This document shows, one piece after another, positions 1 through 14,646 of a stretch of 64,000 nt of DNA. Numbering within the stretch: position 1 is the first letter of the stretch; the number at the start of each line of letters is the position of its first letter. The stretch is taken from contig OZ024742.1 in the NCBI GenBank assembly GCA_964016885.1, positions 257,920,001-257,984,000 of the forward strand. The letters are read 5' to 3'. The notes beneath the pieces are model-generated. The model was not told where the DNA came from. It ran no database searches and saw nothing but the letters and a program-made list of their open reading frames with translations. The DNA comes from Eledone cirrhosa. Lineage: Eukaryota. A program made the translations under genes and the position numbers.

Positions 1-1058
1 TACAGCCGATATAGTGCCATCTTCGGTTATCCGATTCAACGGTGCATTGATACACCAAATTGGATTCCATGCATTTTCTATTCAGAGGGCAACGATCAGG
101 TAGGTTGCAGTTGCACTTATCAGCTCCTGTAGTATTATTATCTTGTACAGATTGCGTTAGGTTTATATGTGTGTCTGCTGCAGGAGGGTTTACATTCAGC
201 GGTTGAGAGTTTGAGGAAGTGTTAATGTAGTTTGGGGTGCTTCGTGTGGATGTGCTGACTAATCGTTTGGAGTTAAGTTTTTTAATAATTAGATCGAGAT
301 TGGGTGCTGTAGAATATGAAAGCTTAATAGACCTTAGATTTAGTATCTTAGCGTATCGATGTGTAGGAGGAAAATGTGTTTTGATTAAATTGAAGAAAAG
401 TGAGGAAATTTTAGGAGATGTTGAGGCATTGTATATTGGGTTGTACCAAAGGTAGTTACGATTCCGCTTTTTAGCTTGGTTGGGTTGTGTACTTCTAATT
501 CGACTATGCCTATGCGGAAAGTGTATGTTGTGTATCGTACCTATATTATTATTTATGCTAGTGCGTTGTGAGCCCTTATTTCTATATTGGTGTGCTGGAT
601 CTATGTACTCTATTTTGTCTTGGTACCCAGCCGCCTTAAGTGCGTTGTTATAGTAGTTAGCATGCTCACTAAAGACCTGGGGGGTAGATGACAGGCGTGA
701 TATTCTAAGGGAGATGGCCCGAGGGATAGACCGTATAACCGAGGGTGGATGATTAGATGTATGGTCAACATACATAATATTTTCATTAGATTTATGGAAT
801 GGGCGGATTTCCCCCGTCTCTAAATTACATGCTACATCCAAGAAATTTGTTTCAGTCAGGTTGTACTCAAAAGTGATGCTAAAACCTAGACTGTTTAAAA
901 ATTCGCTAATTTTCTTACGTAATCTTTCTATTTTCTGGTTGCTTAGGTGTTTAGCTAAAAGGAGCGCATCGTCGCGGTAGATACCGCCTTGTAGATTGCG
1001 GATTTTTTTCTCTAGTGCTTGAGCGATGAAGATGCCCACTACGTCTGTAACTTCGGTA
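1..1058 (-). mobile_element. Penelope-like element (Naiad-type): RT C-terminal half plus GIY-YIG endonuclease; 5'-truncated, reading frame open, runs off the window start
   Basis: Manual translation gives about 350 stop-free codons: TEVTDVVGIFIA...GGIYRDDAL (RT catalytic motif, about 969-980)...TNFLDVACNL...YVDHTSNHPPSVIRSIP...KRNRNYLWYNP...IKLSYSTAPN...KCNCNLPDRCPLNRKC-MESNLVYQC...WHYIGC (Cys-rich linker plus VY...YIG). It is missing from the ORF track, probably because its stop lies outside the window. Confidence 0.9.
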
Positions 1059-1065
1059 AACATAA

Positions 1066-1180
1066 TCTCTGATGATATGGGATCGATTATGCATTGGATA
1101 TCGAATGCTCTACTAAATATATAATATTATAGATGTAGCGAGATCTAGGCAAATAGATGTCTATTGAAACGTACGTAAGA
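1066..1180 (+). ncRNA. Type I hammerhead ribozyme with about 90-nt stem II, in the inverted pseudo-LTR (about 1059-1373) of the Naiad PLE
   Basis: tct CTGATGA(1069-1075) tatgggatc...gatgtctatt GAAA(1166-1169) cgtacg TA aga. Palindromic stem III ACGUACGU. It is antisense to the ORF, starts at the 5'-truncation point, and the segment ends in (TA)n. Confidence 0.75.
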
Positions 1181-1371
1181 ACCGAATAAATCTCTTTTAC
1201 TGCATCTTTCTGTTCTTTTTAATTTTCTATACACGCCCCGGAATATAGCTAAACTGGAATATACACCTTTTTTCTGCATTTCGTTGAGCACCACTCTGTT
1301 GTAAGCTGACATTCCACTACACGGTACATAACACTGTGTCCTGGAAAACATTAATGCACTCGTGCATAACC

Positions 1372-1391
<20 letters not shown>

Positions 1392-1413
<22 letters not shown>

Positions 1414-1565
1414 ACACAGTTAAACACGTAAACGGGTATCTTCAATTGTTCCCGAACTCGAGTTCCGGCCACACTTAAGGCAGCAGCAGGGTGCACTGCA
1501 CCCTCTGTCCGCATATATTATGCATCAATGCTTCATCAGCGGACTTCGCCTAATCAATAACCAAT

Positions 1566-1566
<1 letters not shown>
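1392..1566 (-). mobile_element. Fragment of the HHR-bearing repeat family also at 32228-32400; degenerate HHR at about 1450-1544
   Basis: The reverse complement reads gattggttattgattaggcg..ccg CTGATGA agca...GGAA ctcgag TT cggg and aligns by eye with 32229-32361; GAAA is mutated to GGAA. Confidence 0.7.
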
Positions 1567-1660
<94 letters not shown>

Positions 1661-2105
1661 GAGATCTATTAATACATGGCAATAAAGGATATTTTGTTAC
1701 AATTATTGAATGTAGGAGGACTCTGTAAAAAATAACCAAATTCTCTCTCGTAATTCAACGTTATATCGAGAAGAAATGATACCAGCTTTCGTCTTAAAAT
1801 TCAAATTCGTTACTTAGGCAAATCTGACTATAGACTCGTGAAGAATGGACAGATTCTCCCTTATAATTCAAAATGTTCGCGATTGTCTATTAAAATTCAA
1901 CATTTCAACGAGGATAAACATTACATAACCTCTTTTATGTTTAAAAATTATAACTAGGTTGAAATGACCAGCTTCTCTCTAATAATTCAACATTCTATCG
2001 AGTTATAAAATGACCATCTTATCTAATATATATCAACTTCATAGGGAGGTACAAAATGACGTGCTTTTCTCTGACGGTTCGACATTATTTATATTATATT
2101 CTAAT

Positions 2106-2300
2106 GTCGGTCGATTGGCAGTATCGCTAGAGGGTCGGATGCCATGCTTTGCAAAACAGAGTTACGTCCCTTTATGATTTGAGTTCAAATCCCGCCGAGG
2201 TTAGCTTTGCCTTTCATCCTTACAGGGTCGATAACATAAAGTACCAGTAATACACTGGGGTAATACACTGGCATTGTGCCAAAAGTAGAAACAATTATTT
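2106..2300 (+). mobile_element. tRNA-derived SINE (Nin/Deu-like central domain)
   Basis: A box tggcagtatcg, B box gagttcaaatcc, core gcctttcatccttac-gggtcgataa-ataaagtaccag, tail ttgtgccaaaagtagaaacaattatt; multi-copy in the window. Confidence 0.85.
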
Positions 2301-2756
2301 ATATTCTAATGGAAACAATTGTGTGAGGGTATAAATTATCCAAAGAATTTAATATGCATAAGATTTGTTCTTAATTTTTTCCGATACGATGGAATGTGAA
2401 CTAACATAGCGAAACACATTTCTATATTTTGATTTTGTTAGATCGGTCCAAGAACACAATATTTCCATTGGCCCTGCTATTACTGATAATATCTATATTT
2501 AGCAACTCCTAGCAGCCAGAGCAACGTAAAAGAAATATTTTGCTTGTAATCAAACGAGAGCATTATGGAAAGTTTATACAACACCATAATATCTATGTCA
2601 CTTGAGTCTAATATATTGAAAAATAGCACACATGAATCATATTTCAATACTCATAAAAAACAAAAGTCTGACGCATTTTCACAAATTCTATTAAAACTTG
2701 AAAAGATTATATACCCTATATATCTAACAGCTATAATATAGGTATATATTATACAA

Positions 2757-2822
2757 GGGCGGTGCCCCAGCATGGCCTCAGCAGGATGGCTGGAACAGGT
2801 AAAACAGTAAAATAGTAAAAGA
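2757..2822 (+). mobile_element. 3' end of a second SINE family
   Basis: ggcggtgccccagcatggcc...gctggaacaggtaaaac with a short (gtaaaa) tail; a diverged antisense relative lies at about 6405-6560. Confidence 0.5.
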
Positions 2823-3888
2823 GCATATATAGTATTATATACATTATATTTAGGTATAAAAAGCGTATATAATCACTCTGTGGGTATTTTAAATCGTGGT
2901 CATATCGCAAGTACAAGAGTAGCCCTGTCATAACTCCAAATGCTATTATTTTATGACCGTTAATACCTGTAACCTGCGGTAGAGAAGCTTATACTTTTCA
3001 ATATACACATGTTGCAAATAATAGATTTTTCAGAGTATGTATATTTATTTTACATAAACATATATATATGCTTCCAAATATTCCTCTATGATGAATTACA
3101 CTGTGTCAATAGTAATGTTAATCAATTAATCAATATCTTTGCTATGGCTTCTCTGAAAATTCTAAAAATACCATTGAGAAGCACAGACGCAATATCTGAT
3201 ATATCTAAACACGAAGATACTAGGAAAGAATTCTAAAACAAAATAGAAGCGATCTGAAACATTCAACTACAAAGTTTGTTCAAATATAATATAATATTCT
3301 TTCGGAATAGTAACTATATACTTGGAGGTTATCGCTGCACTTACCAACTTATCACAATACTAAAGGTTTACTTATATTCGCTTCTAATTTAGGCACATGA
3401 CCATCAATGTTTGCCCGAAGCGAAAGTCGATTATATCGATCCGAGCATATAACTGGTATGAAGGATGAAAGGAAATGTTAAGCTCTCCGTGATTTGAAAG
3501 CACGACGCAAACAGAGAAAATAAATACGGCTAATCCTTTCCTGATCAGCTAATGATTTTGCCAATCTACTGCTCTTACAAACTATTAATAACATTACATT
3601 TATTCTATAGACCTCTCATGTGTCATTGATTCATTAATTCTTTTTTTAACAAAAACATAAAACAAAATTGTACATAATTTCATTAAATCAGTCTATAATC
3701 ATAATACACTAGCCAAAATCGTCAAACCTGTGTGAAATAAAAGGATGAAACGATGAAAAGATCTCATATTTCTTCAATACTGTTATGTAATATGTCATAA
3801 CAAATATAATATTTAAAATGCAAGAAAGAAAAATGCCTTTGTTATAAACTGTGATGTTAAATTGTATTTCCCATTATTTTATGTACAT

Positions 3889-4029
3889 TAGAGTTACGGC
3901 CCTTGCCATTCTGAGTTCAAATCCCGCCGAGGTTAACTTTGCCTTTCATCCTTACGGGGTCGATAAAATAAAGTACCAGTAATGTACTGGGTACTTTCTG
4001 GCCTTGTGCCAATAGTAGAAACAATTATT
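3889..4029 (+). mobile_element. tRNA-derived SINE, 5'-truncated
   Basis: B box gagttcaaatcc plus the same core and tail as 2106-2300. Confidence 0.85.
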
Positions 4030-6589
4030 TTATGTACATATGCCTGCATAAAATTTACATTAAATCTTCACACATGTAACCACGATATGTCAAACGTCAG
4101 AGGCATCGTACGAAGTCGTGAGAGGTTTTCATCGACTGGTTTGTTTGGCTAACCTGGCAAAAACATACACACCTATATACATACTCAGTGCCACTGCAAA
4201 TACAATTATTGGCATAGTTCAATATATATTTAATGGTTTCGGAATTAATTTCTGTCAGGAAAGAACCTAAATAAGGGGATTCATTTAACACTTGGGTGCA
4301 ATAATTATCTTCAATGATCAACATTACGCTTCGTCCTAGTATAAATAATGAGATACAATATAAGTAGGTCATTCACTGCAACGGTAAATAAATATATACA
4401 TATACACCATGTCCGAACACAAGGGACCCAAACTCCCACTGTCACTGCCACCGTCTCTATCGTTCTCTCCATCGTTACCATTAAGAGCAAGTGGGGACCC
4501 ACACGCCGGTGATCCCTTGACTCCGACGGACAGAATAGAGAAGGCGTTTCGCCGGAGGATGGTGAAGGTGACACACTGGGAGAGCCATTTTTAATCGTGT
4601 GGCTCGCACTTTGGATATTTTGGATGTCACCAAAAGTAGGCCCATCATAAAAACTTGGATGACTATTCAGTTATATTCTGTATATTGTATCATGTATGGC
4701 GTATATAGCATTTGCTAAAGTAGTGGACACAATAGATAAGTCCCGGATTCAATCCCACTGTGTTGCAGCCTAGGTAAGTGTTATTTAGCAGCAAGTCAGC
4801 ATTGTGAGTGAAACTGTGTTGAGGGATATTATTTGGAATCATGTCGGATGGATTGTATCTCTAAAGTAAAGGGCCAACCCTGTCCCATCCATGTCACGCT
4901 GTATCTCCTGTGACTTATGTTACATGTACACATGTCTATAGAACGTTCAGTCATTTGCACATAACATTCATAAGCATGCTGCTCGTTGATCGAATAACTA
5001 GAACATTCATCGTCAAAACCTGCAAATATTTATCGATTTCTGTAAACGTATTCCTCTGCATATAGGTGTAGTTATAATATGATAAGAGAAACCATCTCCA
5101 AAAGGCATCATGAAGATAATATGTAATGTTTTTTCTGTGTAGGGAAAATTAGTTGAAAGTGGTCGCGTTTCATGCTTTCCGCAGATATGGCTTCTAATTA
5201 AAAAAAAATGCAGTCATATATACATTAAATTTACAATATATCTTCAGGCATATACTGCATTTCTAACATTGATATTTATTATAATATTTAATATATCCTT
5301 ATGCTTATAGACACTATTTAAGAAAAGTTAATAATATATATTTAAAATACATTTTCCATATAACAGTCATTGTTATTAGAGCCTTTGTTATCTTCCGAAA
5401 AACTTTGAACATACATAACATTATTGAACATTTTATGAACTATGTTAATCAACATGAAAACGCGCCTATAAAATAAAGTGTCTGGTGGTATCAATATATA
5501 CGGGATCTATGTACTGGTACCTTTGAACATAGGATGTAAAATTGCCATTATTACATGAATATGGGTTTTTATAATACATTGTTTAAATAATAAATGTTGT
5601 TATCGTTCAAAGTATTTCTGGACTTATGAGACGCACACCATCATATAAAAAAATCTTGGAAATTTAAAATGTTAAAATTGAAACACAGATTTGTTAGAAA
5701 TCGCGTGAAATATCTTTACTGGAAGAAAATAGATAGGATTCTGTATTCGGATCTCAACATTTCTAATTTCTGATCCTTCAAATGCCTCGACAAATCGAAA
5801 AATAATAATTATTATTTAGGCATGCGCAATGCGGGGAATAATACACAGAACATGACAAAATAAACTGCGGTAATTACTATGGGTGCGCAGTAGACGGCAG
5901 GAAGTTAAAGATGACATTAGTATTCTTAATCTGCTTGATAAGTACAAACTAGAACAATAATAATTTCTACTCTCAGTTTGCACTAAATATATTTAGGAAA
6001 AGATAAGTTAATGTAATATTGCGCAGATCTATATCGCTAACATAACGACTCCCGAATTGATCGCGACAGAATGTGTTTCAGTATATTTCACAAACCACTA
6101 AATTGCTATGAAATGTGAGATAAAACTAAACCCCAATTGACCTAGCATTAATATTAGCCAAACCGACAAGAACATTATCATAAACAACATCAACATCACC
6201 GACAACATCACCATCATCAACAACAAGAGCATTACCTTGTTGAAGATATTGAAAAGAGAAACAATAATAATATAAGGAATAACTTTAGTTTGACCCATTT
6301 TTTTATATTTAATTATTTGCTTAAAATACAATATATTTTAATATACACATTCTAACGACAAGGCAAATATCATGGGATATATGAACAAAACATAATTTTC
6401 TTTTTATTTTGCATATTTCAGTCATTACTCTGAGGCCATGCTGAAATACTTTATTCACTGAGTCTATCATAAGAAACGAAAAAATTATTTCTTAAAATCT
6501 GGTTATTTTCGGCATTCATTTTTGTTTTACCAACAGTTAAGTTATGGGACGTAAACACAGTCACAGGGCCAAACGAAAACTCCGAGAGA

Positions 6590-6645
<56 letters not shown>

Positions 6646-6767
6646 TAGAGAGTGAACGTGAGGGAGAGGTACAGTTTCCGTGTAAATACACAGCTATGCC
6701 ATACACAAGCTTACATATATATATATATATATGTTTTTATATATACTTATATATATATATATATATA

Positions 6768-7222
6768 TTGTTATACTTTGGGAGGGTCATCTTGCCAATA
6801 AGAAACACACGCACCAGTTGCTTTCACTCAAATCTATTATAAATTAATTGTAAATTTTAAAAAGAAATTATAAATTTCCAGTTGGTTGGTTCGTTGCACA
6901 ACCGGACGGTTGTTCCTATATTGTCAAAGTTCTTTCGTCACACATTATGTGATCTCATCATTGACCGGGGATTCTTTCCTTTGTTTTGTGCCTCTCCTTT
7001 GTTCTGTCCTACGCCCTCTTGTTGTATCCCAGTGGAACCAACCAACCAACCGGAAATTTATAAAAATTTTAAATTTATAATCTAATTTATAATAAATGGG
7101 AGTGAAAGCTTCTGGTGCGTGTGTTTCTTATTGACAACATGACCCTCCCAAAGTATAAAAAATATCGGTTTCAACACACGGTTTCAGATAAAGAATCTTG
7201 CTAAACAAATTCAGAAACGAAA
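6768..7222. mobile_element. Fold-back (inverted) pseudo-LTR pair of the 9050-11553 PLE family, with degenerate HHR at about 6923-6966 (-)
   Basis: Arms of about 6768-6891 and 7034-7160 are reverse complements. The minus strand reads gtca ATGATGA gatcaca..tgtgac GAAA gaac TT tgac (C3A). Flanked by (TA)n on both sides. Confidence 0.8.
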
Positions 7223-7269
7223 TATATATATATATATAAACTTTAATAAAAAACACACGCATAAATATA

Positions 7270-8256
<987 letters not shown>

Positions 8257-8804
8257 CAGCAAACACCCGCATAAACGCATGTCTGTTTGTATGTGTACAA
8301 ATGCAGATTTATAATGTTAAAACATGGCGTAAAATGGATGATAAGAAATTGTGATGAGGGCGTTTGTTTATAAGGCGTGTAATTCGGTAATGTAAACATA
8401 GAGATAGTTAATTGCAACATCAGTGTGGCAGAAGCTGGCAAGAAACTAAGGTGGAAAGATAAAGAGTGTGAGATTAAAAGAATCTATTACGGCGGAGTTA
8501 AATACCGTGCAATCATTTGATATTTGTTGCATATATGTTCTGGTGTTTCGGGGTTTTGTATCAACAAATTTAGGATGGCTCAGTGACGATTTGTTTCTAG
8601 GTTGTAGGTTGGTTGGATAATAACTAATGCTATTATTTCAAAAATATTTGGTGTTTTAATCATTAAATCTATTAAGATGTTTCTTTTACGGTTTATAATT
8701 AAGTATTTTATTATTTTACATTAACACAGTCACTATGTTTATTAGTTTATTATTTCATCAGCTGGTCTTTCCACGCAAGCCTAAAATAGTGATCACCGCT
8801 TATG

Positions 8805-8855
<51 letters not shown>

Positions 8856-9445
8856 CTACATATATATATATATATATATATATAGTGGTAGAACACTGAA
8901 AGGTAATATCCGTAGTGGTAAAGCACTCAGTCCATGGGGCAAGTTAGAAAGAAGTTATTATACAACTGTTAATTCACCATACAGAGAACATTTGTTTCAC
9001 CTTAGCGGATCCTCAGTTCGTAATGGACATGTTTATACGTACATATATATTTCGTTTCAGAATTTGTTTACCAAGATTATTTATCTGAAAACGTGTGTTG
9101 AAACCGATATTGTTATACTTTGGGAGGGCCATGTTGCCAATAAGAAAGACACGCACCAGTTACTTTTACTTCAATTTATTATAAATTAAATTTATAAATT
9201 TCCGGTTGGTTGGTTGGTTCCGCAACCAAACGGTTGTTCATATATTTTCAAAGTTATTTCCTCAAACATGATGTGACCTCTTCAGTGACTGGGATTATTT
9301 TCTTTGTTTTTCTGCCGCTCCTTTTTTCTGTCCTACGCCATCTTGTTTTTGTGTTGTGTGCTTAGTTTGCGCGTGTGTTACATCCGGGTGTCTGTGTGTG
9401 TTTATATTTGTTTATTTATTTATTTATTTACATGTTATTCTCACT

Positions 9446-11218
9446 GATCTTACGCCCCATCATTGAAATATTCCCAGATATATGTGACAGCACGGAGGAC
9501 CTCCTCAGCAGAATCAGCGAAAGTAACCGATCTGGGGACCTAACAAACTGCATAATAGGTAGTATGGATGTTGTGTCCCTGTATCCATCTGTTGACGTGG
9601 ATTTTGCTGTGGAGAAATGCGTAGAAATGATCAGTGAGAGCAATGTTGAATTCAGTGGGATGGATACCAGTGAGCTGGGACTCCTACTTAAACTTACCTC
9701 TAGTAATGATTATCTAGATACATATGGCCTTAGCAACCTGTGCCCTACAAGACCAGCAAAAGGTAGCCGACCTACCATTAACTCAATGGCCAAGAAAACC
9801 CACACAGATAGATGGAACAGGTGGACCAGAGCCATACGGACCCCCGAAAACCACTATGAACTAAAGAAAATGATTGCACATACGGTGGGAGAAAGTATAA
9901 AATTAAACTTTAAGGAACATACGTACAAATTTAATGGAAAAACATATGCCCAAGAGGATGGAGCAGCCATTGGTGTTAGCATTGGAGGTGACATAGCAAA
10001 CCTATTCGTGGTATGGTGGAAAAATAGACTTAAACTTAAACTTGAAGAACAATTAGAAGACAGCAACCTCTTAACCCTGATAATGTACTCCCGCTACGTT
10101 GATGCTATAAATAATGTAGTAAAAACACCCACACTAGAGAAAAGTCAGGAATTAGAAAAAAACACCATGGAAAGCATCCAGCAAATAGCTAACTCAATCC
10201 ACCAGAGTATTAGAGTTACTATAGACTACCCAAGCAAACACTCCAACCATCGATTACCTGTATAGACACAGAGCTCTGGTTAGATATCATTAATAACAAA
10301 AAACAAATCCTACATTCTGCCAAACCCATGACTTCCAAATATCTGATCCACCGAAACTCAGCTGTTTCGGACCATACCAAAATCAACATACTGATTGTGG
10401 ATTTGGTACGGGTGATGAGAAACGTATCCCGCATGTGCAACCCCAAAGAACTAGAGAGAGACATACAACACTTCATCCACTGTGTGCAGTTCACTGGTTA
10501 CAATCAGAGAGATAAAATCAGAGTATATAGAGGAGACAGAACCAAATGGGGGAAAATGGTAAATAATGATACAAATGGGACATGCCCCTTGTATAGGACC
10601 ACATTTTGGAATAGAATAGAAAGAACTAAGAATAAGGTTAATAAAATAAACTCATGGTATGATAGCAATAAATACCAGAGTGTTATGTTCATCAATACAA
10701 CCCCTAGAGGTGAATTGGCTTACAAATGTAGAAGGGCCCTAGATAAACATAAAGTCAATATTAAGATAGTAGAAAGAAAAGGTACCTCCATAAAAACACT
10801 TATTAGCAATACATACCCTTTTCAAAGACCTCCCTGTATAGATAAGAAATGTATAATCTGTAAACTAAGCCCCCATATTAACTGTAAAACTAGAAATGTA
10901 GTATATAGCATAAAATGTACTGAAGGACAATGTAGAGATAAGAATACAGTGTGCATAGGTGAGACAGCTCATAGTATAGTAGAACGGATAAATGAACACT
11001 GGCGAGAGCTTCAAGATAGTAAAGAATCATCTGTACCCCACCAACATGCTAAAATAGAACATAAGGGTAAATTAGAGAACATAGAAATAAAAATGGAATC
11101 TACACACAGAAAAGACGCCATGTTTAGACAAATCACAGAGGCAATAAACATAAATGAACTCCAACCAAAAATAGATAGAAAACATGAATGGAATAGCAAC
11201 ACCACAACTTACAATTAA
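9446..11218 (+). pseudogene. PLE pol (RT plus GIY-YIG), frameshifted at about 10262 and with a mutated catalytic motif
   Basis: IIGSMDVVSLYPS, YAQEDGAAIGVSIGGDIANLFV, YSRYVDA (YVDD to YVDA). After the frameshift: DTELW...KPMTSK...CIDKKCIIC...CKTRNVVYSIKC...CIGETAHSIVERINEH...RQITEAINI...N. Confidence 0.9.
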
Positions 11219-11357
11219 GGACAAAATGAAAACAGACACACACATCGAACAAACAACCAGATGTAACACGTGCGCAAAGTAAGTACACAAGACACACGAA
11301 AACAAGATGGCGTAGGACAGAACAAAGGAGGGGCACAAAGTAAAGAAAAAATCCCCA

Positions 11358-11400
11358 GTCACTGAAGAGGTCACAGAATGTGTGACGAAAGAACTTTGAC
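11358..11400 (+). ncRNA. Minimal type I hammerhead ribozyme in the PLE pLTR
   Basis: gtca CTGAAGA g-gtcaca gaatg tgtgac GAAA g aa c TT tgac. Canonical core, 6-bp stem II, 4-bp stem I. Degenerate mirror copy at about 9247-9289 (-) and a truncated copy at 22609-22630. Confidence 0.85.
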
Positions 11401-11547
11401 AATATATGAACAATCGTCTGGTTGTGGAACCAACCAACCAACCAGAAATTTATAAATTCCTAAATTTATGAATTTAATTTATAATAAATTGAAATGAAAT
11501 AACTGGTGCATGTGTTTCTTATTGGCAACATGACCCTCCCAAAGCAT

Positions 11548-11637
<90 letters not shown>

Positions 11638-12446
11638 TATATATATAGTTTGCCATCTCATTCGTTTGAACATCAGAGGCTTGGAAAGATTCAACCAAAC
11701 ATATCTAATGAGATTCCTAAACACCAGAATCTATTCTTCTTCAACGAGCAGATATAACAAGATTTAAGATAATCTGCATAGGTACTCATCTAAATTGTCA
11801 ATATAGATGTTTTATGGGTAGTTGTAATGTGGTATAATATCCGAGCAATACACCTATGAATCATGTTACGGATGTGGCGAAATACAACCTTAAGGTTCTT
11901 AATTTAAAAGTTGGCGACTGGGATCAAATAGTGGAATATGGATTACTTTGGAATATTATGAACAGTCATGGTTGTAAAACATTTGAAACATGTAGAATAG
12001 AACACTCCATATGAAAGCAAGTTCATATATAAACAAGCCTTGACCTCAATGTCAGACAACTTTTAGTATAAAAATGTTTTTAACCTGCTGTAGAATATGT
12101 CTGTCCAAATAAAGATTATGACATATCATAACGCAAATCATTACAAGGTGGTTGTGTGCACGTCCTTCTTCAGAAGCTTACGCTTAATTTATGCATTATA
12201 TAGATTTGCAACAGCTTTCAAAGGTCATAGTTAAGTGCAGAATAAACTAGGATGATGTCATTACCAAACAACACTTGTCTCATATTGCAGATATCATAAA
12301 GCTGGATGAACATCTACAGGCGTGTTCACGGTTGACATTACAAAATTGAAGAGATGGTCTTCGTCCTTAAAGGAAAAATTACCATATATATATATAATTA
12401 TATATATATATAATTATATATATATATATAATTATATATATATATA

Positions 12447-12488
<42 letters not shown>

Positions 12489-12574
12489 TATATATATATA
12501 ATTATATATATATATATATATATATAATTATATATATATATAATTATATATATATATAATTATATATATATATA

Positions 12575-12630
<56 letters not shown>

Positions 12631-12774
12631 ATTATATATATATATATACATATATATATATGCATTTTTATGTATATATATATATATATACACACATATA
12701 TATATATATATATATTTATATATATGTATATACACATATGTATATACACATATATATGTATTTATGTATATACT

Positions 12775-12852
12775 CTACGGTTCTTATATATTTGATATAT
12801 ATTTATCCTTATCGAGCCCTCTTCGGAGTTTAGTCTTCAAATTTATTATTAT

Positions 12853-12858
<6 letters not shown>
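12775..12858 (+). repeat. About 85-bp 3'-terminal repeat fragment (also 26938-27020, 33943-34028, 48217-48298 rc)
   Basis: tacggttcttatatatttgatatat-tttatccttatcgagccctctt-gga-ttttagtctt-aaattt-attatt followed by (TA)n in four copies. Confidence 0.75.
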
Positions 12859-12901
<43 letters not shown>

Positions 12902-13687
12902 GGTCTGTGTCGGTGTGTATGTGTGTGTGTGCGTGTGTGTGTGAGCGTGTATATATCATGAAATGGCATCTACTATTTCATGATATATACACGCTCACAA
13001 CCAGTCATTGGTGTTGCTGTTTTAATATACAAGTTAAATGAATATATAGCAGCACTATCTAAAACAACGCCTCAATGCCAAATTAGATGTATGACTAAAT
13101 TAACGCCATGGATCAGAGCTAATAGAATGGATGAAAGTACATGTTATTAAATTAATTTTATGGTAGTTTTAACATTTTTATATAGAAATTTTGAGCATGG
13201 AAAAATTTGTTGTTGTTCATACGAAAAATTCAAACGTTAAATCAAAGTTAATTGAGGTTGTTGGTAGAAAATGTCACGAACTATAGTCATGTGTCACAGT
13301 TAGTAGTAAGAGAAATGAAACAGAGGTTTAAGAAATATTCGCAAGTGAGCTGGTGCATCGTGTAATGCCCCCAGGAATGTAATCCAACAGATAAGAATCT
13401 CTTCGCCAGCTGAAGCAACCATTCTACTTCCGACGTATATAAATCATTAGAAAGAAATATTATTCACCGTTTTAGAAAACGTGATGTGTGCCAATTCTAT
13501 TACCGAAATAAGTATAATGGAAGCATTATTATATTTCCTGAAAGTTCATGTAAAACATAGGGATGTAGCAAAACACGTTTTTGTTTTTCTTACGAAGTTG
13601 GCCTAAGTATAGCAAGAGAATTATCAATATTTTCACTTAAAACAATATTTTAATCCCAAAAGAATAAAAAGCCTGATGATCAGATAC

Positions 13688-13737
<50 letters not shown>

Positions 13738-14116
13738 TTTTATTACAGCATTGACGAAGCTTTAGTATACGGCCAAGCTAGCGTATATGCATAATCGGTC
13801 TGTAGCTTTAGCACTCAGATGAGGTAAGACCCCAGAGTAATAACATTACGTTCAGACAGCTTAGCAAATCAGATATAGCAGTCGGCAGTCCGACCGCATT
13901 ACCAGAGCAACGAAAATACAGGGCCCAGGAAAAGATTTTATACTGACCTGGACATAGCGCTGAGGCTGAGTGCAAAATATATAACTTACATCGTGTATCC
14001 ACTATATATATCACAACATCACACGCAACATCAACGCAAAGTTTCTGCAAATCCAAATCGACAAATTCCTATTGCAGGAGTCTGCAATATAATGGTTTTT
14101 GACGACAGAACATAGG

Positions 14117-14173
<57 letters not shown>

Positions 14174-14555
14174 AATGCATATGGTGATGCTCCAGTCATT
14201 TTTCCATTCCTTCAAACTGGTTTTTAATGGTAATCTATTTTCTATATATATCCAGTTATTGTGAGTAGTAATATATTGCAAACATGTAAAATGTTTATAT
14301 TAAGGAAAAATGATCGTAGTTTCAGTTTAACATATTTTATAAGTAATCCCGCATAACATGCGTTTCGCAAATGTGCAGCCCAGAGTGTTAATCTCTATAA
14401 GATGTATATATTCCGATGTTGGTCTCTGTTACGTCTGCTTGGGAAATCAATCCATGTTTCGAAACTGATTCTATAAAGTTTTCTTGCTGGTCATATACCA
14501 ATCACACGTTACATATATATTATACTGAAATTCGATCTTCCATTCTTAATATATA

Positions 14556-14646
14556 TAATTGTTTCTACTTTTGGCACAAGGCCAGCAATTATCCAGTGCA
14601 TTACTGGTACTTTATTTTATCAATCCCGTAGGGATGAAAGGCAAAT
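14556..14646 (-). mobile_element. tRNA-derived SINE, 3' fragment
   Basis: Reverse complement of the SINE core and tail. Confidence 0.8.

Larger units (their letters stand above)
9050..11553 (+). mobile_element. Penelope-like element, 5'-truncated, with inverted pLTR upstream (about 9050-9400) and direct pLTR downstream (about 11220-11553)
   Basis: RT and GIY-YIG ORFs lie between mirror-image repeats; both ends abut (TA)n. Confidence 0.9.

Noticed and set aside
2106-2200. tRNA genes at A/B-box sites
   Set aside because: These are SINE heads with no cloverleaf, followed by the SINE core and tail.
13320-13520. Possible MULE transposase remnant (PRNVIQQIRISSPAEATILLPTYKSL...)
   Set aside because: Short, frameshifted and without catalytic motifs; cannot be supported without BLASTX.
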